From the NCBI RefSeq assembly GCF_964194025.1, contig NC_134472.1, positions 9,920,001 to 9,984,000 of the forward strand: a DNA stretch of 64,000 nt, written 5' to 3'. Both the position numbers and the translations under genes were made by a program. The DNA comes from Convolutriloba macropyga (Eukaryota). A model generated the notes under the pieces. The model worked only from the letters and a program-made list of their open reading frames with translations, was not told where the DNA came from and did not search any database. This document shows positions 54,102 to 64,000 of the stretch, piece after piece; the stretch's first letter is position 1, and each line of letters begins with the position of its first letter.

Positions 54102-54201
54102 TATGATACCACTCACAATCCTCTACGATCGGCGAATTTTGACTGAACAAAAACCCAGTTGAGTATATAGTTCCTCCCCCACTAAAGTGGGTCGGAACAA
54201 A
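54102..54201 (-). mobile_element. Helentron/DINE-1-like element terminus, copy 3
   Basis: ATGATACCACTCAC...TTGACTGAACAAAAACCCAGTTGAGTATATAGTTCCTCCCCCACTAAAGTGGGTCGGAACAAA, same family as copies 1 and 2. Confidence 0.6.
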
Positions 54202-54545
54202 TAGTCAGGAAATCATAGAATGAATTTAACAAATTAAACAAAAATCAAATCGATCAGCCGACTTTGGCTAAACAAAATGTAGGTCTTCTGTAATATTCCT
54301 AACCCACATATGGGGGTGGGATAAAAATAATGAGACAATAATATTTCGAAATAAACCAATGAGCTGTTCGCCTTCGATGACCTTCAGACCTTTAAATTTG
54401 AGCACTGGTGAGTTCAGCTGCAAATTAAGACTTAGCATTTGTTATAATGGGACAAGTTTAAGACAACTAGACGAGTAACCACACCCAAGGATGAAAGAAA
54501 AACTCAGACAGTAGGCAAGAAAATACGTACTTGATAGTTTGCGAC

Positions 54546-54579
54546 TATAAAAGCCGATAGATGCAAGTTATATTCAGTT
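54546..54579 (+). promoter_or_regulatory. TATA box plus initiator upstream of G6
   Basis: TATAAAAG at 54546 and TCAGTT with its A at 54576 (30 nt later); ATG at 54658. Confidence 0.55.
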
Positions 54580-54657
54580 GTCCAGATTGTGAACAGTGCT
54601 TTGGAAGTTATAATATTGCATCGCATAATTTGCATTAAAACTAATATTCGAACAGAT

Positions 54658-54987
54658 ATGAGGCTTGAAACTTGGGTTATCGGCGTCATCGCTGTTTTCA
54701 TAAATGAGTGCGATGCACAAGCGATGATGGAGGAGTTAACTGAGCCTGAGGCATTTATGCTGGAGTTGGAAAGATGCGAGGCGCAATTCCAAGAGAGCCC
54801 TGATTTCCATTCAAGATTTCTTGGTTTCTCGAGACCAGTCGAAATGAAAAAAGTTGTGGAACGTTTCAACGCTGGCAAAGAAATTTACAAGGTTTTTCCG
54901 CTGGTGGGAACAAGAATACGGATCGAACTTGTGAGCATTAAGCAGGAGGGATTTGGAGACAATAAAAATTTTACTTATCTCTACCAA
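54658..54987 (+). CDS. Secreted stefin/cystatin-fold-like protein 6 (G6), exon 1 only (110 aa); closest to G5
   Basis: Signal peptide present. GFSRPVEMKKVVERFNAGKEIYKVFPLVG is nearly identical to G5. Donor CAA|GTATGT at 54988. No second exon is visible because the contig breaks at 55146. Confidence 0.85.
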
Positions 54988-55145
54988 GTATGTTTTTTAT
55001 TAAATGATAAAATTTTTTGACAAACTCTGCGAACTTTCAAATATTTGTGTCATTTAAAAAAAAATTAACGATCAAACTTCATGAAAGAGGTTCTGCTTGT
55101 TAAGAAATGTAGCGGATGGGATTTTTGATTGCAGATATTATTGAC

Positions 55146-55345
55146 NNNNNNNNNNNNNNNNNNNNNNNNNNNNNNNNNNNNNNNNNNNNNNNNNNNNNNN
55201 NNNNNNNNNNNNNNNNNNNNNNNNNNNNNNNNNNNNNNNNNNNNNNNNNNNNNNNNNNNNNNNNNNNNNNNNNNNNNNNNNNNNNNNNNNNNNNNNNNNN
55301 NNNNNNNNNNNNNNNNNNNNNNNNNNNNNNNNNNNNNNNNNNNNN
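55146..55345. other. Assembly gap (200 N)
   Basis: Run of exactly 200 N. Confidence 0.99.
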
Positions 55346-55364
55346 ATTGGGTATTTGTTTTTAG

Positions 55365-55876
55365 ACCTCAGAGATTGGGAAACTCGGAGTGCTCCTGCCG
55401 ACGCCCCAAAACTTTCTCGAAAGGTGATAAACCTCTGTTGCCCATTCCACATGGCCCTGGGAAAGGGTATGATTTGGCTTTGGTGGAGGGCGACAGCCCA
55501 AACCATTGGACGCAATGCTTCGAAAAAGCTGTGGACGCGAGAAGAGTTGAAACAACACATGCTGTCGCCCAAGATGAAGAATAAGGCGGGGTCCGAGCCA
55601 CGGACGGACTTTTCACCTATAAGAAAAAATCTTTTCAAAGGTTTTTATTTGTTTGATGTTCTCGTTTTTTTTCTTGTAGATGCTTGAACTGCCGTTTTGA
55701 AACTTATGATTGAAAGGTTATCTTTAATAGATGGATAGGTATTCCATAAAACCTATAGGAAAAGCGAAATACTTTACAGTGCGATGGTTTTTTTAATGTG
55801 TTTTAGAGCTATTCCAGTTGAAGTTCGAGAGCAAATGGATCGCGCCGTACGAGCTGGCAAAAGTAAGCCTAAATAA
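55365..55876 (+). pseudogene. Frameshifted BEN-domain-like gene fragment
   Basis: Acceptor TTTTTAG at 55364. Joining two frames gives GYDLALVEGDSP/TIGRNASKKLWTREELKQHMLSPK...PRTDFSPIRKNLFK, which resembles the BEN consensus (LFTxEEL...LDP). A very short intron-like segment lies at 55641-55679 and the downstream part has stops. Confidence 0.55.
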
Positions 55877-56205
55877 TATGGGCAACGAAATCCGTTCTCA
55901 AGAGCGGAGAAGCAATGAAGCTCGATCGAGCAATGACGAAAGTGAGAATGTTGATACACAAGCGGAAAACCTAGCTGAATAATAACTTTTGTCTCCAAAC
56001 TGACTCAACCGTTAATGTCTTTCAGTATTATCTGAACTTTTGTTATGTTCATATTTACTCAGTTCTTCATTTATGTTATAAGAACGCGGATGTTTGTTCC
56101 CTTTCACATTTTTTTGTCATAATTTGCTTCATTGTTGTACCGTTGATAATTCATCAATTGAACTTCCTGTTCATCAATCCCTCAAGAACTAAGATTCTTA
56201 TGTGA

Positions 56206-59200
56206 TTAGACATCAGGCTTTGGTCTCCAAATTGAGATTTTGTAGTTAGACATCAGTCTGCTCAAATGGTCAGTCAAGTTGCTGGATTTGGCTGGCATTT
56301 TTTAATTTTTGAAAAGGAACAAATGATCAAGTTGCTGGACTTGGTCTCCAAATTGAGATTTTGTAGTTAGACATCAGTCTGCTCAAATGGTCAGTCAAGT
56401 TGCTGGACTTGGCTGGCATTTTTATTTTTTAAAATGCAACAAATGATCAAGTTGCTGGACTTGGTCTCCAAATTGAGATTTTGTAGTTAGATATCAGTGT
56501 GCTCAAATGGTCAGTCAAGTTGCTGGACTTGGCTGGCATTTTTTAATTTTTGAAAAGGAACAAATGATCAAGTTGCTGGACTTGGTCTCCAAATTGAGTT
56601 TTTGTAGTTAGACATCAGTCTGCTTAAATGGTCAGTCAAGTTGCTGGACTTGGCTGGCATTTTTAAATTTTTGAAAAGGAACAAATGATCAAGTTGCTGG
56701 ACTTGGTCTCCAAATTGAGATTTTGTAGTTAGACATCAGTCTGCTCAAATAGTCAGTCAAGTTGCTGGACTTGGCTGGCATTTTTTTTAAAATGCAACAA
56801 ATGATCAAGTTGCTGGACTTGGTCTCCATATTGAAATGTTGTAGTTAGACATCAGTCTGCTCAAATGGTCAGTCAAGTTGCTGGACTTGGCTGGCATTTT
56901 TATTTTTTAAAATGCAACAAATGATCAAGTTGCTGGACTTGGTCTCCATATTGAAATGTTGAAGTTAGATATCAGTGTGCTCAAATGGTCAGTCAAGTTG
57001 CTGGACTTGGCTGGCATTTTTAATTTTTAAAATGCAACAAATGATCAAGTTGCTGGACTTGGTCTCCAAATTGCGATTTTGTAGTTAGACATCAGTCTGC
57101 TCAAATGGTCAGTCAAGTTGCTGGACTTGGCTGGCATTTTTTAATTTTTGAAAAGGAACAAATGATCAAGTTGCTGGACTTGGTCTCCAAATTGAGATTT
57201 TGTAGTTAGACATCAGTCTGCTCAAATGGTCAGTCAAGTTGCTGGACTTGGCTGGCATTTTTATTTTTTAAAATGCAACAAATGATCAAGTTGCTGGACT
57301 TGGTCTCCATATTGAAATGTTGAAGTTAGATATCAGTGTGCTCAAATGGTCAGTCAAGTTGCTGGACTTGGCTGGCATTTTTAATTTTTAAAATGCAACA
57401 AATTGTCAAGTTGCTGGACTTGGTCTCCAAATTGAGATTTTGTAGTTAGACATCAGTCTGCTCAAATGGTCAGTCAAGTTGCTGGACTTGGCTGGCATTT
57501 TTTAATTTTTGAAAAGGAACAAATGATCAAGTTGCTGGACTTGGTCTCCAAATTGAGATTTTGTAGTTAGACATCAGTCTGCTCAAATGGTCAGTCAAGT
57601 TGCTGGACTTGGCTGCCTTTTTTTAATTTTTGAAAAGGAACAAATGATCAAGTTGCTGGACTTGGTCTCCAAATTGAGATTTTGTAGTTAGACATCAGTC
57701 TGCTCAAATGGTCAGTCAAGTTGCTGGACTTGGCTGGCGTTTTTATTTTTTAAAATGCAACAAATGATCAAGTTGCTGGACTTGGTCTCCATATTGAAAT
57801 GTTGTAGTTAGATATCAGTGTGCTCAAATGGTCAGTCAAGTTGCTGGACTTGGCTGGCATTTTTTATTTTTTGAAAAGGAACAAATGATCAAGTTGCTGG
57901 ACTTGGTCTCCAAATTGAGATTTTGTAGTTAGACATCAGTCTGCTCAAATGGTCAGTCAAGTTGCTGTAATTGGCTGGCATTTTTAAATTGTCTGAAAAG
58001 GAACAAATGATCAAGTTGCTGGACTTGGTCTCCAAATTGAGATTTTGTAGTTAGATATCAGTGTGCTCAAATAGTCAGTCAAATTGCTGGACTTGGCTGG
58101 CATTTTTATTTTTTAAAATGCAACAAATGATCAAGTTGCTGGACTTGGTCTCCATATTGAAATGTTGAAGTTAGATATCAGTGTGCTCAAATGATCAGTC
58201 AAGTTGCTGGACTTGGCTGGCATTTTTAATTTTTAAAATGCAACAAATGATCAAGTTGCTGGACTTGGTCTCCAAATTGAAATGTTGTAGTTAGACATCA
58301 GTCTGCTCAAATGGTCAGTCAAGTTGCTGGACTTGGCTGGCATTTTTATTTTTTAAAATGCAACAAATGATCAAGTTGCTGGACTTGGTCTCCATATTGA
58401 AATGTTGAAGTTAGATATCAGTGTGCTCAAATGGTCAGTCAAGTTGCTGGACTTGGCTGGCATTTTTAATTTTTAAAATGCAACAAATGATCAAGTTGCT
58501 GGACTTGGTCTCCAAATTGAGATTTTGTAGTTAGACATCAGTCTGCTCAAATGGTCAGTCAAGTTGCTGGACTTGGCTGGCATTTTTTAATTTTTGAAAA
58601 GGAACAAATGATCAAGTTGCTGGACTTGGTCTCCAAATTGAGATTTTGTAGTTAGACATCAGTCTGCTCAAATGGTCAGTCAAGTTGCTGGACTTGGCTG
58701 GCATTTTTATTTTTTAAAATGCAACAAATGATCAAGTTGCTGGACTTGGTCTCCATATTGAAATGTTGAAGTTAGATATCAGTGTGCTCAAATGGTCAGT
58801 CAAGTTGCTGGACTTGGCTGGCATTTTTAATTTTTAAAATGCAACAAATGATCAAGTTGCTGGACTTGGTCTCCATATTGAAATGTTGAAGTTAGATATC
58901 AGTGTGCTCAAATGGTCAGTCAAGTTGCTGGACTTGGCTGGCATTTTTAATTTTTAAAATGCAACAAATGATCAAGTTGCTGGACTTGGTCTCCATATTG
59001 AAATGTTGTAGTTAGACATCAGTCTGCTCAAATGGTCAGTCAAGTTGCTGGACTTGGCTGGCATTTTTATTTTTTAAAATGCAACAAATGATCAAGTTGC
59101 TGGACTTGGTCTCCATATTGAAATGTTGAAGTTAGATATCAGTGTGCTCAAATGGTCAGTCAAGTTGCTGGACTTGGCTGGCATTTTTAATTTTTAAAAT

Positions 59201-62200
59201 GCAACAAATGATCTAGTTGCTGGACTTGGTCTCCAAATTGAGATTTTGTAGTTAGACATCAGTCTGCTCAAATGGTCAGTCAAGTTGCTGGACTTGGCTG
59301 GCTTTTTTTAATTTTTGAAAAGGAACAAATGATCAAGTTGCTGGACTTGGTCTCCAAATTGAGATTTTGTAGTTAGACATCAGTCTGCTCAAATGGTCAG
59401 TCAAGTTGCTGGACTTGGCTGGCATTTTTATTTTTTAAAATGCAACAAATGATCAAGTTGCTGGACTTGGTCTCCATATTGAAATGTTGAAGTTAGATAT
59501 CAGTGTGCTCAAATGGTCAGTCAAGTTGCTGGACTTGGCTGGCATTTTTTAATTTTTGAAAAGGAACAAATGATCAAGTTGCTGGACTTGGTCTCCAAAT
59601 TGAGATTTTGTAGTTAGACATCAGTCTGCTCAAATGGTCAGTCAAGTTGCTGGACTTGGCTGCCTTTTTTTAATTTTTGAAAAGGAACAAATGATCAAGT
59701 TGCTGGACTTGGTCTCCAAATTGAGATTTTGTAGTTAGACATCAGTCTGCTCAAATGGTCAGTCAAGTTGCTGGACTTGGCTGGCATTTTTATTTTTTAA
59801 AATGCAACAAATGATCAAGTTGCTGGACTTGGTCTCCATATTGAAATGTTGTAGTTAGATATCAGTGTGCTCAAATGGTCAGTCAAGTTGCTGGACTTGG
59901 CTGGCATTTTTTATTTTTTGAAAAGGAACAAATGATCAAGTTGCTGGACTTGGTCTCCAAATTGAGATTTTGTAGTTAGACATCAGTCTGCTCAAATGGT
60001 CAGTCAAGTTGCTGTAATTGGCTGGCATTTTTAAATTGTCTGAAAAGGAACAAATGATCAAGTTGCTGGACTTGGTCTCCAAATTGAGATTTTGTAGTTA
60101 GATATCAGTGTGCTCAAATAGTCAGTCAAATTGCTGGACTTGGGTGGCATTTTTTTTAAAATGCAACAAATGATCAAGTTGCTGGACTTGGTCTCCATAT
60201 TGAAATGTTGTAGTTAGACATCAGTCTGCTCAAATGGTCAGTCAAGTTGCTGGACTTGGCTGGCATTTTTATTTTTTAAAATGCAACAAATGATCAAGTT
60301 GCTGGACTTGGTCTCCATATTGAAATGTTGAAGTTAGATATCAGTGTGCTCAAATGGTCAGTCAAGTTGCTGGACTTGGCTGGCATTTTTAATTTTTAAA
60401 ATGCAACAAATGATCAAGTTGCTGGACTTGGTCTCCAAATTGAGATTTTGTAGTTAGACATCAGTCTGCTCAAATGGTCAGTCAAGTTGCTGGACTTGGC
60501 TGGCATTTTTTAATTTTTGAAAAGGAACAAATGATCAAGTTGCTGGACTTGGTCTCCAAATTGAGATTTTGTAGTTAGACATCAGTCTGCTCAAATGGTC
60601 AGTCAAGTTGCTGGACCTGGCTGGCATTTTTATTTTTTAAAATGCAACAAATGATCAAGTTGCTGGACTTGGTCTCCATATTGAAATGTTGAAGTTAGAT
60701 ATCAGTGTGCTCAAATGGTCAGTCAAGTTGCTGGACTTGGCTGGAATTTTTAATTTTTAAAATGCAACAAATGATCAAGTTGCTGGACTTGGTCTCCAAA
60801 TTGAGATTTTGTAGTTAGACATCAGTCTGCTCAAATGGTCAGTCAAGTTGCTGGACTTGGCTGGCATTTTTTAATTTTTGAAAAGGAACAAATGATCAAG
60901 TTGCTGGACTTGGTCTCCAAATTGAGATTTTCTAGTTAGACATCAGTCTGCTCAAATGGTCAGTCAAGTTGCTGGACTTGGCTGCCTTTTTTTAAATTTT
61001 TGAAAAGGAACAAATGATCAAGTTGCTGGACTTGGTCTCCAAATTGAGATTTTGTAGTTAGACATCAGTCTGCTCAAATGATCAGTCAAGTTGCTGGACT
61101 TGGCTGGCATTTTTATTTTTTAAAATGCAACAAATGATCAAGTTGCTGGACTTGGTCTCCATATTGAAATGTTGTAGTTAGATATCAGTGTGCTCAAATG
61201 GTCAGTCAAGTTGCTGGACTTGGCTGGCATTTTTTAATTTTTGAAAAGGAACAAATGATCAAGTTGCTGGACTTGGTCTCCAAAATGAGATTTTGTAGTT
61301 AGACATCAGTCTGCTCAAATGGTCAGTCAAGTTGCTGTAATTGGCTGGCAGTTTTAAATTTTCTGAAAAGGAACAAATGATCAAGTTGCTGGACTTGGTC
61401 TCCAAATTGAGATTTTGTAGTTAGATATCAGTGTGCTCAAATGGTCAGTCAAGTTGCTGGACTTGGCTGGCATTTTTTAATTTTTGAAAAGGAACAAATG
61501 ATCAAGTTGCTGGACTTGGTCTCCAAATTGAGTTTTTGTAGTTAGACATCAGTCTGCTCAAATGGTCAGTCAAGTTGCTGGACTTGGCTGGCATTTTTTT
61601 TTAAAATGCAACAAATGATCAAGTTGCTGGACTTCGTCTCCATATTGAAATGTTGTAGTTAGATATCAGTGTGCTCAAATGGTCAGTCAAGTTGCTGGAC
61701 TTGGCTGGCATTTTTTAATTTTTGGAAAGGAACAAATGATCAAGTTGCTGGACTTGGTCTCCAAATTGAGATTCTGTAGTTAGACTTCAGTCTGCTCAAA
61801 TGGTCAGTCAAGTTGCTGGACTTGGCTGGCATTTTTTAATTTTTGAAAAGGAACAAATGATCAAGTTGCTGGACTTGGTCTCCAAATTGAGATTTTGTAG
61901 TTAGACATCAGTCTGCTCAAATGGTCAGTCAAGTTGCTGAACTTGGCTGCCTTTTTTTAATTTTTGAAAAGCAACAAATGATCAAGTTGCTGGACTTGGT
62001 CTCCATATTGAAATGTTGTAGTTAGATATCAGTGTGCTCAAATGGTCAGTCAAGTTGCTGGACTTGGCTGGCATTTTTTGATTTTTGAAAAGGAACAAAT
62101 GATCAAGTTGCTGGACTTGGTCTCCATATTGAGATGTTGTAGTTAGATATCAGTGTGCTCAAATGGTCAGTCAAGTTGATGGACTTGGCTGGCATTTTTT

Positions 62201-62803
62201 AATTTTTGAAAAGGAACAAATGATCAAGTTGCTGGACTTGGTCTCCAAATTGAGATTTTGTAGTTAGACATCAGTCTGCTCAAATGGTCAGTCAAGTTGC
62301 TGGAATTGGCTGGCTTTTTTATTTTTTGAAATGCAACAAATGATCAAGTTGCTGGACTTGGCTGGCTTTTTTATTTTTTAAAATGCAACAAATGATCTGG
62401 TTGCTGGACTTGGTCTCCATATTGAAATGTTGTAGTTAGATATCAGTGTGCTCAAATGGTCAATCAAGTTGCTGGACTTGGCTGGCATTTTTTAATTTTT
62501 TAAAATGCAACAAATGATCAAGTTGTTGGACTTGGTCTCCATATTGAAATGTTGTAGCTAGATATCAGTGTGCTCAAATGGTCAGTCAAGTTGCTGGACT
62601 TGGCTGGCATTTTTTAGTTTTTGAAAAGGAACAAATGATCAAGTTGCTGGACTTGGTCTCCCAATTGAGATTTTGTAGTTAGACATCAGTGTGCTCAAAT
62701 GGTCAGTCAAGATGCTGGACTTGGCCGGCATTTTTTGTTAATTAAAAGGAGCAAATGATCAGTTGCTGGACTTGGTCTTCAAATTGAGATTTTGTAGTTA
62801 GAC
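56206..62803. repeat. 120/121-bp satellite, ~55 copies
   Basis: Unit TTGGTCTCCAAATTGAGATTTTGTAGTTAGACATCAGTCTGCTCAAATGGTCAGTCAAGTTGCTGGACTTGGCTGGCATTTTT...AACAAATGATCAAGTTGCTGGAC, with the 18-mer TCAAGTTGCTGGACTTGG twice per unit. Confidence 0.99.
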
Positions 62804-62842
62804 GTGATTGTGTTCAAATAATAAGTCAGTTTTTGATTTCAG

Positions 62843-64000
62843 ATCAAATGCTACATAAGGATATAGACTGGTCCATATTGGCCCAGTGCGATTATTTCGC
62901 CGTTGAAAAATACGTTCAGACCGCCGAGCGTCCAGCAATGAGAACGGTTAAACCCATGCTTGAAACAATTTACAAGAAAAAGTTGGAAACCAATGAGAAT
63001 TGGCGCAATGCATACGAAACTGTCTGCGCGGCCTATAGAAACTTGAATCCACTTTTTTCGATTTGTTATGACAACTATGGTGGGTACCGGCTACTGTATA
63101 CGGGAAAATCGGCTGTGAGTGCTCAAACAGTGTTTAAAAGGAACCCATTGGGTTTCGTAAGAGAAGTTCCTGAAGGAGTTGTCACTGATCTTTCTATCAT
63201 GTCGTCTGAGCGAACTTAGGTCCGGTACGATTCGTGAATTCGGATTGTAACCCCAATGCAGAATACGATTTCTCCAGCGAGGATGGGATAATACAAATTC
63301 GCGTTAAGAGGCGCATTAAACCAGGCGACGAAATTTTCGTCAAGTACGGTCCTCATTTTTTTGAGTTTAATGCATGCCTTTGCAGAACTTGTGAGGTCAA
63401 AGCAAAGAAAGAGTTTCAAGAGAACAATTTCATATTTGACGTTCTTCTCTCGGATTTGCTGGTAGAGCTGACGGAGCAAACAATTGACGAATCAAAACAA
63501 TCAACTGTTAGGAAACGAAAACTTAAATGTGAGAATAATGGACCAAACGCCAGACGCATTAAAGGCAAAGAGTTAGTCGAGCTCTTCAATAATTTAGAAG
63601 AAAGTCCTTCAAGTGCTACTGAATCACTCGATGACCCTCTAAACTGCTCGATAGACCTGTTTGAAAGCCCGACAAACAGGCGTGTCGATTTCCCTGTCGT
63701 TACTCCAAACACTCCAGAATGCAGTGAAACGGTGTCTAATAGTTCGCATGAAGATCCTGACCCCCTTGAAATTGATTTGTCGACTGAAAGTTCTGAAATA
63801 GGAAATGGTGGTGCTGTGCCTATTAGAGGAAGAGCGTCGTCACCAATTTCATCGAACGCTCTCCTCAGTTTTTCAATTTCGGCTATCGACGAAACGCTAT
63901 CTAATAGTGACGATGATAACTTTGACGCGATCAGTCAGTTGGATGAGACTCTGTTTGATGGAAGCAACGTAAAAACGCAAGAAGCTTCAAATCTTACGGA
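62843..64000 (+). pseudogene. SUV4-20 (KMT5B/C)-like SET/post-SET domain gene with a frameshift at ~63216; second frame open to the window end
   Basis: Acceptor TTTCAG at 62842 and ATG at 62848. Frame 1 ends DLSIMSSERT*. The frame from 63216 reads LGPVRFVNSDCNPNAEYDFSSEDGIIQIRVKRRIKPGDEIFVKYGPHFFEFNACLCRTCE. This parallels the SUV4-20 pattern DFSVMYSTRK...LGPAAFINHDCRPN...IEPGEEISCYYG..FF...CECYTCE (recalled from memory). A Ser/Asp/Glu-rich linker follows with no stop to 64000. Confidence 0.82.

Noticed and set aside
54589-54657. N-terminal extensions given by the ORF track for G6 (and G5 at 41979)
   Set aside because: They start at GTG or TTG. The first ATG directly precedes the signal peptide, as in the other paralogs.
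56206-62803. CRISPR-like array of 18-bp direct repeats
   Set aside because: The sequences between repeats are themselves repeated rather than unique, no cas genes are present, and the context is eukaryotic.

Overview
This is AT-rich eukaryotic (invertebrate-like) genomic DNA with spliceosomal introns and two 200-N scaffold gaps (39-238, 55146-55345). The taxon cannot be fixed from the sequence alone. The contig between the gaps carries a head-to-tail cluster of six + strand genes for small secreted proteins, which the ORF track shows only as fragments. Once spliced they look like stefin/cystatin-fold proteins with signal peptides. Only the first keeps the canonical QxVxG loop (QIVNG); in the other five that loop has changed in both sequence and length. 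All six share a phase-0 intron at the stefin intron-2 position and an N-terminal Cys, and the five complete ones share a C-terminal Cys. The intergenic DNA holds tandem duplications (~1.27 kb, ~0.41 kb, ~1.04 kb), an 11-copy 359-bp array, three Helentron/DINE-like termini, MITEs and a decayed antisense LINE in an intron. After the second gap come a frameshifted BEN-domain-like gene, ~55 copies of a 120-bp satellite, and a frameshifted SUV4-20-like SET domain whose frame runs off the window. That block may be part of a large DNA transposon. All translations and alignments were done by eye and no database search was run.
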